Source: Minisyncoccota bacterium (GTDB lineage Bacteria > Patescibacteriota > Minisyncoccia > Phycocordibacterales > UBA9973). From it: a stretch of DNA of 64,000 nt. Position numbers and translations under genes: made by a program. Below, one piece after another: positions 36,030 to 46,406 of this stretch. The stretch is taken from positions 308,104 through 372,103 of the forward strand of contig DAOQAL010000001.1 in NCBI GenBank assembly GCA_035353995.1, in the 5' to 3' direction. The notes below the pieces were generated by a model. It worked only from the letters and a program-made list of their open reading frames with translations, searched no databases and had not been told where the DNA came from. The stretch's first letter is position 1. Each line of letters opens with the position of its first letter.

Positions 36030-36930
36030 AAAATATAGTAATAACACTCTTAAATTATTCAAAACAGCAATAGTTATTATTGCTGTTTTGATGAGTGGAA
36101 ATGCTTTGTCATATGATATGACAAGTTCTTCAACTGTTGTTATATCAGCAAGAGTCGAAGGAGGAGGAACGCCTCCTGGTGGCGGTGGTGGAAGTTCTGG
36201 TAGTATACCAACAAGTATTAATTTTTCTGGTATAGCATATCCTTTTTCAAAAGTTTATCTCTTGCAAGATGGGAAAAAAATAACATCTGTTTCTACAAAT
36301 AGTGGTTCAAAATTTTCTTTATCTGTCGTAAATTTAAGTACAAATACTTATACTTTTTCGATTTATGCTGATGATGGGTATAATAGAAAATCTTCTTTCT
36401 TTTCTTTCCCATTGCGAATAGTTTCTGGTAGTACTATAAATGTAAGCAATATTTTATTGTCACCAACAATTTCAATAGATAAAGTAAAAGTTAAAAGAGG
36501 TGACAACATAACAATATCTGGCAAAGCAACCCCTGAATCAGAAGTAAAAATATCTGTTTTTGGAAATCAAGAATATTTTTATAAAACTACTCCAAATATA
36601 AAAGGGGAGTATTTTTACGTATTAAATACTTCTTCAATGGAAAGTCAGAAATATCAGACACAATCAAATGAAGTTTATAAAAATCAAACGAGTCCATACA
36701 ATAGTCCACTTTCTTTTTTTGTAACAAACCAAAATATAAATAAAGAAGAACAACTTTGTCTTTCTATTAAAGCTGACTTAAATTGTGATGGATATGTAAA
36801 TTTAATAGATTTTTCTATTATGGCTTTTTGGTATGAAAGATTAAATGTACCAAAACAAATAGATCAGAACGGTGATGGTGTGATATCATTAATAGACTTT
36901 TCGGTTTTAGCTTTTTATTGGAATGGTTAA
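36013..36930 (+). CDS. Secreted Ig-like protein with C-terminal dockerin-type domain
   Basis: Duplicated Ca-binding motif ADLNCDGYVNLIDFS...DQNGDGVISLIDFS; start could be ATG 36022. Confidence 0.78.
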   Translation: MLIMYKKYSNNTLKLFKTAIVIIAVLMSGNALSYDMTSSSTVVISARVEGGGTPPGGGGGSSGSIPTSINFSGIAYPFSKVYLLQDGKKITSVSTNSGSKFSLSVVNLSTNTYTFSIYADDGYNRKSSFFSFPLRIVSGSTINVSNILLSPTISIDKVKVKRGDNITISGKATPESEVKISVFGNQEYFYKTTPNIKGEYFYVLNTSSMESQKYQTQSNEVYKNQTSPYNSPLSFFVTNQNINKEEQLCLSIKADLNCDGYVNLIDFSIMAFWYERLNVPKQIDQNGDGVISLIDFSVLAFYWNG

Positions 36931-36933
36931 TAT

Positions 36934-37836
36934 ATGAAAAAAATATTTCAAAAAATAATAATAATTTTTTTATTTATAATTTGTTGCTTTTTGGGGCATA
37001 AGGTTGAAGCTGCAAGAATAGAATTAGATTCTTCAAAAACAGAATTGAATATGCATGAACAGTTTTATGTTGATTTAGTTCTTTATCCTGAAAATGTATC
37101 TTTCAATGGAATAGAAGGATCTATTAATTTTCCAACTGATAAACTTTCCTTTATTCGTTCAGAAGTAGGGAAGTCTGTAATTAATTTATGGATAAAAGAA
37201 CCAGAAGAAAAAAAGGGGAAGATTAAATTTTCTGGTTTGATTACAAATGGTTTTAGTGGAGTAATAGATCCATTTGATAGTGAAAATAAATTGCCTGGTA
37301 CAATTATACGTTTTGTTTTTGAACCTTTAATGCCAGGAAACATAACGTTAGAAACATCTTCTATGCTTTTAGCAAAAAATGATGGAATGGGTACATTGGA
37401 AAATATAGAGCCACAATCTATAAATCTTGTAATTCAAGATATAAATAATCTTTTCTTTTATCTTCACGAAAATGATACAAACCCTGAATTAGAAGCTTCT
37501 GTCGTTCGTGAACCTAATCTTTATGATAATAAATATGTATTAATATTCAATGCAAAAGATAAAGAAAGTGGTATAAAAAGTGTAATGATTAAAGAGGGTA
37601 ATAGAAATTGGGTAGAAATCAAGAGTCCTTATTTACTAAAAGATCAAACTAGACATAGTTTAATATCTGTAAGAGCAGTTAATTTTTCTGGAGTTAGTAC
37701 TGTTATTGCTATTGAACCTATTAATTACGAAAATGCCCCAGGTGTTAAAATTGCAATTGCCTTTGTTTTAGTAGTATTTATTTATTTTATTGCAAAAAAA
37801 GTTTTGGATTATTTTAAAAAGAAAAAAGAACATTAA
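36934..37836 (+). CDS. Cohesin-like domain protein with C-terminal TM anchor
   Basis: FYVDLVL...NGIEGSINFPTDKL...IKFSG...IRFVF..PG; DKESGI Ig-like segment; TM plus Lys tail. Confidence 0.68.
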   Translation: MKKIFQKIIIIFLFIICCFLGHKVEAARIELDSSKTELNMHEQFYVDLVLYPENVSFNGIEGSINFPTDKLSFIRSEVGKSVINLWIKEPEEKKGKIKFSGLITNGFSGVIDPFDSENKLPGTIIRFVFEPLMPGNITLETSSMLLAKNDGMGTLENIEPQSINLVIQDINNLFFYLHENDTNPELEASVVREPNLYDNKYVLIFNAKDKESGIKSVMIKEGNRNWVEIKSPYLLKDQTRHSLISVRAVNFSGVSTVIAIEPINYENAPGVKIAIAFVLVVFIYFIAKKVLDYFKKKKEH

Positions 37837-37840
37837 TAAA

Positions 37841-38593
37841 ATGATAAAGTTTTTTTTCAAAAAAAGTTTTCTAATATTTTTAGTTTTATTTTCTTTTAGT
37901 ATTCCATTTTTTACATATGCAATACCTCCTGTAGTTAATTTAGATGGGCCTTCTCTTGTGCCAAAATCTGAAATTTTTATGATTCCAGAACAAGATACTT
38001 CGATTCTAGGTTCTACTTTTAGCATACCGATTTATATAAATACAAAAGGATATGATGTTAATGCAATAGGTTTAAAAATTAGTTTTGATCCATCAAAAAT
38101 TGCTGTTGTTAAACCTTTTACTGGAAAATCTATATTTGGCATTTGGGTTGAACCACCTAATTATGACAACATAAAAGGAACTGCAAGTTTAGTTGGTGTT
38201 ATTCCAAATGGAATAGTTACAGAAAAAGGTTTAATAGGAACTATTACATTTAAATCCTTAGCAATAGGGGAAACAAATATTATTATAAATGATTATACAA
38301 GTGCAAATCTAAATGATGGTTTTGGAACAAATATAAAGTTAACATTAGGTAAAGTTTCTTATAAAATAATTCCAAAACCCATTGAAAAAGATATTGAAAA
38401 AGTAGAAAATACAGAAGTTGTGGAACCAATTTTGGATACAAAAGTGAATGATTTACAAGAAAATAAATGCGGAATACAGGCTGTTGATTCTTATTTTAGT
38501 ATCGGTGGATATTCTTTGTTGCTTTTGTTGGTTATATTGTATTTTTCTATTGTTGTTATCATTGCATTAGTTATTTATATTTTATATAATTAG
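37841..38593 (+). CDS. Cohesin-like domain protein with C-terminal TM anchor
   Basis: GSTFSIPIYINT...NAIGLKISFDPSKI...GLIGTITFK...NDGFGT; ATG 37841 preferred over TTG 37790. Confidence 0.72.
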   Translation: MIKFFFKKSFLIFLVLFSFSIPFFTYAIPPVVNLDGPSLVPKSEIFMIPEQDTSILGSTFSIPIYINTKGYDVNAIGLKISFDPSKIAVVKPFTGKSIFGIWVEPPNYDNIKGTASLVGVIPNGIVTEKGLIGTITFKSLAIGETNIIINDYTSANLNDGFGTNIKLTLGKVSYKIIPKPIEKDIEKVENTEVVEPILDTKVNDLQENKCGIQAVDSYFSIGGYSLLLLLVILYFSIVVIIALVIYILYN

Positions 38594-38622
38594 GTGACAT
38601 TATTATTATTTAATTTAAAAAA

Positions 38623-40989
38623 ATGGAATCAAAAAAAGTAGAATTTTTTAATAGGTTATCTTTTATAACCCTTTTATCAACTGTATTTATCTCCTTATTC
38701 TTCTTCATACCATATATATCAGTATCTCTTATCGCATGTAAGGGTTTTCTAATTTCCGTAGGAACAATACTCTCTCTTTTGTTCTGGTTGATAGCTAGAT
38801 TAGGAGAAGGGAAGTTTATTATTCCTAAAGATAGATTGATTTTGTTTGCTGGTATCATACCGTTGATTTTTTTGATTTCATCTTTTTTCTCCTCATCGCT
38901 TTACGCATCTCTTTTTGGTAGTGGTTTTGAAATAGGAACTTTTGGTTCCATGCTGATAATGTTTGTTATTTTCTTCCTTGCATCAATTCATTTCCAAACT
39001 GAGAAAAGGGTAAAAAGTTTCTTTAATTCTCTTTCAGTAGCTGCTGTTGTTTTAGCAATTTTTGAATTGCTTAATATATTTGTTGGTTTTGGAAATTTAT
39101 TGCCTGGATTTTTGAATGGAGTTTCATATGGAAATTTAGTAGGAAGTTGGAGTGATTTTGGATTAATATTTGGTATTATCGTTCTATTGTCTATTTATTC
39201 TATTGAATTTTTAAAGACAAAAAAAATATATTTAATTGCGCAATATTTCTTACTTGTAACTGGTATATTTTTTCTAATATTAGTTAATTTGCCACTTGTT
39301 TGGATGTTAGTCGGAATTTTTTCTGTGATTATGTTTGTTTATAGCATCTCTATACAGCATGCAGGAATTAATGTAGTACAAGGTGGAGAAAAAAGAAAAA
39401 GATTTCCATTTGAAGCTTTGATAGTTGTTGTTTTCTGTTTCTTCTTTTTATTAGGAAGTAATTCAATAGGAAGTTTTGTTTCTAAATATATAAATATTCC
39501 TAATACTGATGTAAGACCATCTATAGTTTCAACTGCTCAAATTACATACAAAGCATTGCAACATAATCCTGCTTTGGGAACTGGCCCTAATACTTTTGGA
39601 GATGATTGGGCTCTTTGGCAACCAAAACAAATTGTTCAAACAACTTTCTGGAATACAAATTTTTCAAGTGGTTATAGTCTATTTATGACATTTATAGCAA
39701 CAACTGGAATACTTGGTTTTGTTGCTCTGTTGCTATTCATAATTATCTTTGTCATAAGAGGTATACAGTCTTTAAAGTTTGCTTTAAAAAATTCATCGTC
39801 AGATTATTATATTCTTACAACTCTTGTAGTCTCAGTGTACTCTTGGGTAAGTATTATTGTTTATAATCCTAGTATTATAATGCTAACTTTGGCATTCCTA
39901 TCTAGTGGAATATTAATTGGCATTTTAGTATGTAAACAAATGATACCAGTTAAAGAATTTTCATTCTTAAATGATCCACGAAAAAGTTTCTTTTCTATTT
40001 TCGGTTTGATGATAGTTATGATTGGTACTGTATTTGTTGTTTACCTTTATATCAATAAATTTGTTTCAGTTATTTATTTCTCTAAGAGTTTGAATGCTGA
40101 GACTACGATTGAATCATTATCAAAATCAGAGAAGTTGCTTCTTAATGCAATTTCTTTAGATAAAAATGATATTTATTATCGCACATTGTCTCAAGTGTAC
40201 ATTAATGAAATCAGTGTATTATCAACAGATCAAACAATTTCAAAAGATGTTCTAAAAACTAGTCTTCAGCAATTAGTAAATCTTGCTCAAAGTTCTGCTG
40301 TACTGGCTGTAGATCAGAATCCTAAGCAATATTTAAATTACATGAATTTAGGTAATATTTATGCTTCTTTTGTTCCTTTAGCTGTTGAAAAAAGTTATGA
40401 AAGTGCTGTATCTGCTTATGATAAAGCTCGTGAGCTTGCACCAAATAATCCAACAATATTATTGTCACGTGCTCAACTTGAATTGGCAAATAAAAATAAT
40501 GCTGAGGCAAAAAGATTTATTAATGAAGCTATATCTATAAAACAAAATTATATAGATGCTATTTTCTTGCTTGCACAAATCAAATTAGATGAAGGGGATA
40601 GTAGTGGTGCAATAGAACAAGCTGAATTAGCAAGTCAATTAGATCCAACAGATTCTACAATATTTTTTAGACTTGGTTTATTACGTTACAATTCTGCTGA
40701 TTACACTGGAGCAGTTAGTGCTTTTGAACAGGCTGTAATATTAAATACAAATTATTTGAATGCACGTTTTTATCTCGGACAAGCTTATCAGAAAGTTGGA
40801 AGAGGTAGTGATGCATTAGTTCAATATAACTTATTAAAGACAGTTGTTCCTAACGATGAAGGGTTACAAAAAGCAATTGATTCAGTATCAGGGAATCAAG
40901 TATCTACTCCAAGTACAGAGGAAGGGGATAAAACAAAAGAAGAATCATCTGATTCTAAAACACAAAATACAAAAACAAAACTTCCGTAA
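38623..40989 (+). CDS. Polytopic membrane protein, O-antigen ligase (Wzy_C)-like, with C-terminal TPR repeats
   Basis: >12 TM segments; PALGTGPNTF and TTGILG; TPR motifs AYDKARELAPNN, FRLGLLRY, ARFYLGQAY. Confidence 0.75.
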   Translation: MESKKVEFFNRLSFITLLSTVFISLFFFIPYISVSLIACKGFLISVGTILSLLFWLIARLGEGKFIIPKDRLILFAGIIPLIFLISSFFSSSLYASLFGSGFEIGTFGSMLIMFVIFFLASIHFQTEKRVKSFFNSLSVAAVVLAIFELLNIFVGFGNLLPGFLNGVSYGNLVGSWSDFGLIFGIIVLLSIYSIEFLKTKKIYLIAQYFLLVTGIFFLILVNLPLVWMLVGIFSVIMFVYSISIQHAGINVVQGGEKRKRFPFEALIVVVFCFFFLLGSNSIGSFVSKYINIPNTDVRPSIVSTAQITYKALQHNPALGTGPNTFGDDWALWQPKQIVQTTFWNTNFSSGYSLFMTFIATTGILGFVALLLFIIIFVIRGIQSLKFALKNSSSDYYILTTLVVSVYSWVSIIVYNPSIIMLTLAFLSSGILIGILVCKQMIPVKEFSFLNDPRKSFFSIFGLMIVMIGTVFVVYLYINKFVSVIYFSKSLNAETTIESLSKSEKLLLNAISLDKNDIYYRTLSQVYINEISVLSTDQTISKDVLKTSLQQLVNLAQSSAVLAVDQNPKQYLNYMNLGNIYASFVPLAVEKSYESAVSAYDKARELAPNNPTILLSRAQLELANKNNAEAKRFINEAISIKQNYIDAIFLLAQIKLDEGDSSGAIEQAELASQLDPTDSTIFFRLGLLRYNSADYTGAVSAFEQAVILNTNYLNARFYLGQAYQKVGRGSDALVQYNLLKTVVPNDEGLQKAIDSVSGNQVSTPSTEEGDKTKEESSDSKTQNTKTKLP

Positions 40990-41013
40990 TAAATAATACA
41001 TTAAAAAGGCGGA

Positions 41014-42696
41014 ATGAAAAAATTTTTAAGTATATTTAATAAGGAGTTTGGTAGCATAAACCAAGCGGCGCTTCTTTTGGGATTCTTTACACTCTTATCT
41101 CAAATACTTGCTCTTTTTCGTGATAGAGCAATAGCACATTTTGTTGGTCCATCTGCGCCACTTGATGCTTATTATGCTGCTTTTAGAGTTCCAGATTTAA
41201 TTTTCATTTCTATTGCTTCTCTTGCGTCCATTACAGTTTTAATTCCATTTATTGTTGCTAAAATGGACGGAGAAAAAGTTACGAAAGAAGCTCAAAAATT
41301 TCTCAATGATGTATTTACTGTTTTTTTAGGAGTTATTCTTTGTGTTTCTGTTATTGCATTTTTTTTAATGCCTTACTTGATCCATCACTTAATTGCTCCA
41401 GGGTTTATTCCAGAAATGCAAGATAAAGTTATAATACTTTCTCGTATTATGCTTCTATCTCCGATTTTTATGGGTTTGTCTGGTCTTTTTGGAACGATAA
41501 CGCAATTGTTTAAAAGATTTTTTGTTTTTTCTTTAAGTCCAATATTTTATAACCTTGGTATTATTTTTGGTGTTGTCTTTCTTTTCCCAATATTTGGAAT
41601 TTATGGAATGGCAATTGGTGTTGTATTAGGAGCATTAATGCATTTTCTAGTTCAATTTTTTGCATCTTCAAATTGTGGTTTTTCTACAAAATTTTCTTTT
41701 AAAATAAATTTTAAAGATATTAAAAATGCAGCACTTACTTCATTACCAAGGACATTAGGTCTTGCTTTTAACAGTATTGCTCTTATTTCGATTGTTGCTA
41801 TGGCATCTTTTTTGAAAAGTGGTTCAATATCTGTTTTTAATTTTTCTTTTAATCTTCAATCAGTGCCACTTAATATTATAGGTGTATCTTATGCTGTTGC
41901 AGCTTTTCCAACTTTAACTAAATCATTTTCATCGGGGAGGTTAGATGAATATAAAGTTCATTTAAAATCCGCAGCAAGACAAATAATTTTTTGGTCTTTG
42001 CCTATAACTTTTCTTTTTATTGTTTTGCGTGCACAAATCGTGCGTGTAATTTTAGGTTCCGGTTCTTTTTCTTGGGAAAATACACGTCTTGTAGCCGCTT
42101 CTCTTGCAATATTTTCTGTTTCCATATTGGCACAAGGAATGACTGCACTTTTATCAAGAGCTTACTATGCTGTTGGAAATACAAAAAAACCATTAATGAT
42201 AAATTTGTTTTCCTCAGCTACTATAATTATTTTGTCTTATCTTTTTATCCATTTATTTCAAAGCGTTCCATTTTTTAGATATTTTGTTGAGTCTATTTTA
42301 AAAGTTTCTGACATACCAGGCACAATAGTACTTATGTTACCGCTAGCATATTCAGTAGGTACAATTTTAAATTTTATATTACAATGGATTTTTATAAAAA
42401 GAGATTTTATGAAAAAAGAAGAATTTATTGCAGTAACATTTTTCCAAAGCTTAGGTTCTTCATTTTTTATAGGCTTTGTATCTTATTTAAGTCTAAAAGT
42501 TTTTTCAGAAATTTTTGGAACTACTACTTTTTTTGGTGTATTTTTACAGGGGTTCTTTTCTGGAATTTTGGGTATATTATCCGGTATTTTAGTTCTTCAT
42601 TTATTAAAGAATCAGGAATTGAAAGATTTGATAAAGGCATTGAGGACAAAATTCTGGCTTGCTAGAGTTATCGTTCCTTCTCAAGAAGAGCTTTAA
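41014..42696 (+). CDS. murJ: Lipid II flippase MurJ (MviN)
   Basis: SQILALFRD, LDAYYAAFRVPD, SPIFYNLGII, AAFPTL, RAYYA. Confidence 0.92.
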   Translation: MKKFLSIFNKEFGSINQAALLLGFFTLLSQILALFRDRAIAHFVGPSAPLDAYYAAFRVPDLIFISIASLASITVLIPFIVAKMDGEKVTKEAQKFLNDVFTVFLGVILCVSVIAFFLMPYLIHHLIAPGFIPEMQDKVIILSRIMLLSPIFMGLSGLFGTITQLFKRFFVFSLSPIFYNLGIIFGVVFLFPIFGIYGMAIGVVLGALMHFLVQFFASSNCGFSTKFSFKINFKDIKNAALTSLPRTLGLAFNSIALISIVAMASFLKSGSISVFNFSFNLQSVPLNIIGVSYAVAAFPTLTKSFSSGRLDEYKVHLKSAARQIIFWSLPITFLFIVLRAQIVRVILGSGSFSWENTRLVAASLAIFSVSILAQGMTALLSRAYYAVGNTKKPLMINLFSSATIIILSYLFIHLFQSVPFFRYFVESILKVSDIPGTIVLMLPLAYSVGTILNFILQWIFIKRDFMKKEEFIAVTFFQSLGSSFFIGFVSYLSLKVFSEIFGTTTFFGVFLQGFFSGILGILSGILVLHLLKNQELKDLIKALRTKFWLARVIVPSQEEL

Positions 42697-42762
42697 AATT
42701 AGGGCTTTTAAGGTTTTTATGGTATAATAAAAATATGGACTTTTGCGTCCATTTTATTTTAT

Positions 42763-44538
42763 ATGGAAAAAGAACATCCAAATTTGCCCAAGAGATTGGT
42801 GCTTAAATATTTTTGGCAAGTAATTAAACACTTTAAGCTGTCTTTTTTTATAGTTATAATTTCTACAGTAGTTGGTTCTGCACTTGATGTTTATATACCA
42901 CTTAAATATTTAAATCTTTGGAATATTTTAAGTTCAAATAATTTTTCTCTTGTTTCTAGTGCTAAGTCAATAATTATTTTAATTTTGGTTTTGAATCTAA
43001 TTCGTTGGGGAATTCGTAGAGTTTCAGGATTCTCTCTGTCATATTTTGAATCTAGGGTGATGGCTGGTCTTCGTGAACAAGGATTTTCTTATATGATTGG
43101 ACACTCTCATTCTTTTTTTGCAAATAATTTTTCTGGATCATTAAGTTATAAAATTAATAAATATGCTAGAGCTTTTGAAAAACTAGCTGACAGGATGGTA
43201 TTTGATGGTTTGCCTCTTATTGTTCGTGGAGTTGGTACCATCATCGCTATTTATACATTATTTCCTAAATATTCTTATATTTTAGGAATTTTCTGTATCG
43301 TATTTTTAGTAACTTCATTTATTTATATTCGTTATAAATTAAAATATGATGTCATCGCATCAGAATGTGATACAAAAACTACTGGAGCATTTTCTGATTC
43401 AATTAGTAATCATTCTTCTATACAATTATTTACTGGTCATGAATATGAGAAGAATCGTGTTAACGAGATAATACAAAAACAGAAGAAAGCAACTGCATTT
43501 AACTGGTATCTTTGGGAAGGTCTTGGTTCTATACAAAGTTTCTATTCTTTCTCAGTTGAATTTATTATTTTTTATTTAGCTATCGGAGATTGGAAATTAG
43601 GATTAATTACACTACCTGTTATGGTACTTTTGCAAAGTTATTTGATACGTTTAATGGACAATTTATGGAGTTTTGGTTCTATCGTACGAGCGTATTATGA
43701 AAGTTTTGCTGATGCAAATGAAATGGTTTCTATTTTAAATACTCCATATGAAATTATAGATGAGCCAACTTGTGCTATACAAAATATAAAAGGAGAAATT
43801 ATTTTTGAAAATGTTACATATACTTATAAAAATAATGAATTTAAAGTACTCGATAATTTTTCACTAAAAATACCTGCTGGACAAAAAATAGCTATTGTTG
43901 GTTCTTCAGGCGCAGGCAAAACCACATTCGTTCGTCTCTTAATGAGATTGTTTAATATCCATTCTGGAAAAATTTTGATTGATGGAGTAAATATAAATAA
44001 TATAACTCAAAAAAATCTTCGTGAGCAAATTGCTTTTGTGCCACAAGACCCTATACTTTTTCATCGTACATTAAAAGAAAATATACGTTATGGTAGAAGC
44101 AATGCAAGTGATGAAGATGTACTAAACGCTGCACGTCTTGCTCATTGTGATGAATTTATAAATTTATTGCCTTACGGATATGATACTTATGTAGGGGAAC
44201 GAGGAATAAAACTTTCAGGTGGTGAACGTCAAAGAGTTGCTATTGCTCGTGCTATTCTTAAAAATTCACCAATTCTTGTTCTTGATGAAGCAACATCTTC
44301 ACTTGATTCTCATTCTGAATCTTTAATTCAAGATGCATTACAAAAACTTATTAAAAACAAAACAGCTATTGTTATTGCACATAGACTTTCTACCATTAAA
44401 CAAATGGATAGAATTATTGTCATTGAAAAAGGAAAAATTATTGAAGATGGAGTACATAGTGAATTGTTAAATAAAAAAGATGGATTGTATAAAAAATTAT
44501 GGAATCTACAAGCTGGAGGATTTAAAAATACAATCTAA
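42763..44538 (+). CDS. ABC exporter, fused permease/ATPase
   Basis: GSSGAGKTT, VPQDP, LSGGERQR, LDEATSSLD, IAHRLST. Confidence 0.93.
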   Translation: MEKEHPNLPKRLVLKYFWQVIKHFKLSFFIVIISTVVGSALDVYIPLKYLNLWNILSSNNFSLVSSAKSIIILILVLNLIRWGIRRVSGFSLSYFESRVMAGLREQGFSYMIGHSHSFFANNFSGSLSYKINKYARAFEKLADRMVFDGLPLIVRGVGTIIAIYTLFPKYSYILGIFCIVFLVTSFIYIRYKLKYDVIASECDTKTTGAFSDSISNHSSIQLFTGHEYEKNRVNEIIQKQKKATAFNWYLWEGLGSIQSFYSFSVEFIIFYLAIGDWKLGLITLPVMVLLQSYLIRLMDNLWSFGSIVRAYYESFADANEMVSILNTPYEIIDEPTCAIQNIKGEIIFENVTYTYKNNEFKVLDNFSLKIPAGQKIAIVGSSGAGKTTFVRLLMRLFNIHSGKILIDGVNINNITQKNLREQIAFVPQDPILFHRTLKENIRYGRSNASDEDVLNAARLAHCDEFINLLPYGYDTYVGERGIKLSGGERQRVAIARAILKNSPILVLDEATSSLDSHSESLIQDALQKLIKNKTAIVIAHRLSTIKQMDRIIVIEKGKIIEDGVHSELLNKKDGLYKKLWNLQAGGFKNTI

Positions 44539-44590
44539 AATATTTTCTTCTTTCACTTTGAAGTATTTTTTGTTAGTATGAAATTACAAT

Positions 44591-46405
44591 ATGGATTTAA
44601 AACACATCAGAAATTTTTCAATAATTGCACATATAGATCATGGAAAATCTACCTTAGCAGATAGAATGCTTGAAGTCACCCATACGATTGAAGCACGAAA
44701 AATGAGAGATCAAGTTCTTGATTCAATGGACTTAGAAAGAGAAAGGGGGATAACAATAAAAATGCAACCTGTCCGTATGGAATACGCCCTAAAGGGCCAA
44801 AATTACGTTTTAAACCTTATTGATACGCCTGGGCATATAGATTTCTCTTATGAAGTTTCTCGTGCCCTAAAGGCTGTTGAGGGCTCTATTTTGCTTGTTG
44901 ACGCCACACAAGGTGTACAAGCACAAACACTTACAACGCTTGAAATGGCTAAAGAAAGTGGTCTTGTAATAATACCTGTATTGTCAAAAATAGATTCTCC
45001 TTTAGCAAGAATTGATGAGATAAAAATGGAGGTTGCTCTTTTGCTTAATATAGATCCAGATAGTATTTTAGAAGTATCTGGAAAAACTGGTGAAGGAGTA
45101 GAAAATTTGCTTTCAGAAATTATAAATAAAATTCCATCACCAAGACAAGATAAAAATGAAAAAAATAGTACTCAAGCATTGGTATTTGATTTTAAATATG
45201 ATAGTCATAGGGGAGTAATAGTTTATGTTCGTGTATTTAATGGATCTATAAAAAGAGGAGACTCTCTTATTTTTTCTGTTTCTGGAGAAAAATTTATTTC
45301 TTTGGAAGTTGGAATATTTTCTCCTGAAGAAAAAGCAAAAAATTCTATTGAATCTGGAGAAATCGGATATATTGTAACCGGTATTAAAAAACCTGGAATA
45401 GCATCAGTTGGAGATACTATTACTTTTTATAAAAATCCAGCAGAAGCATTGCCAGGATATATGAATCCAAAACCTGTAGTGTGGGCATCTGTTTATCCTG
45501 AAGATGCAGATGATTTTCCAGAGTTGAAACTTGCTTTAGGAAGGCTTCGCTTATCTGATTCGGCTTTTTCATACGAAGAGGAAGCATCAGGTACTTTAGG
45601 AAAAGGTTTTCGATGTGGATTTTTAGGTATGCTTCATTTAGAAATAATTACAGAACGTTTAAAAAGAGAATTTGGACTTAATTTAGTTGTAACTATGCCA
45701 TCTATAACTTATAAAGTTATTTTAAAAAATTGCAAAGAAGAAATAATTTATTCTCCACATTTTTTCCCAGAAGATGGTCAAATTTTAAAAATTTATGAAC
45801 CATGGATCAATGTAAAAATAATTACACCAGGAACATACTCTAGTATATTAATGCCATTTTTATTTGACCATGAAGCAATTGTCCATTCTACAGAAAATTT
45901 TGGTGATAATCGTTCATCAATAAATTTAGAAATGCCTTTGCGTGAATTAATGAGAAACTTTTTTGATGATTTGAAAAGTATAACTTCTGGTTATGCTTCT
46001 ATATCCTATGAAATTGGAGAATATAAGGAAGCTGATGTTGTAAGGTTAGATATTTTAATCGCAGACGAACCAATGGTGGCTTTTTGTAGAGTTATATCAC
46101 GTCGTAGAATTGAAGAAGAGGCACGTAGCCAAGTTGAGCGCTTAAAAAAAATTATTCCGAGACAACAATTCCCATTTAAGATACAAGGAAAAGCATTAGG
46201 GAGAATTATTGCGTCAGAATCAGTTTCAGCATTTCGTAAGGATGTTCTTATGCATGGAAGTAAAGTTGTTGGCGGTGGTGACGTAAGTAGAAAGAAAAAA
46301 CTTTTAGAAAAACAAAAAAGAGGAAAAGCAAGACTAAAAGAAAACGCTAGGGTAAATATAACCCAAGACGTATTTCTAAAAATGATGAGAGGGGGAGAAA
46401 AATAA
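44591..46405 (+). CDS. lepA: Elongation factor 4 (LepA)
   Basis: IRNFSIIAHIDHGKSTLADR, DTPGH, GFRCGFLGMLH, KKLLEKQK. Confidence 0.97.
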   Translation: MDLKHIRNFSIIAHIDHGKSTLADRMLEVTHTIEARKMRDQVLDSMDLERERGITIKMQPVRMEYALKGQNYVLNLIDTPGHIDFSYEVSRALKAVEGSILLVDATQGVQAQTLTTLEMAKESGLVIIPVLSKIDSPLARIDEIKMEVALLLNIDPDSILEVSGKTGEGVENLLSEIINKIPSPRQDKNEKNSTQALVFDFKYDSHRGVIVYVRVFNGSIKRGDSLIFSVSGEKFISLEVGIFSPEEKAKNSIESGEIGYIVTGIKKPGIASVGDTITFYKNPAEALPGYMNPKPVVWASVYPEDADDFPELKLALGRLRLSDSAFSYEEEASGTLGKGFRCGFLGMLHLEIITERLKREFGLNLVVTMPSITYKVILKNCKEEIIYSPHFFPEDGQILKIYEPWINVKIITPGTYSSILMPFLFDHEAIVHSTENFGDNRSSINLEMPLRELMRNFFDDLKSITSGYASISYEIGEYKEADVVRLDILIADEPMVAFCRVISRRRIEEEARSQVERLKKIIPRQQFPFKIQGKALGRIIASESVSAFRKDVLMHGSKVVGGGDVSRKKKLLEKQKRGKARLKENARVNITQDVFLKMMRGGEK

Positions 46406-46406
46406 T

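Noticed and set aside
42735-42806. Short upstream ORF and ATGGAC/GTCCAT hairpin before the ABC transporter
   Set aside because: Could be attenuation, but a 6-bp stem and an out-of-frame ATG are expected by chance
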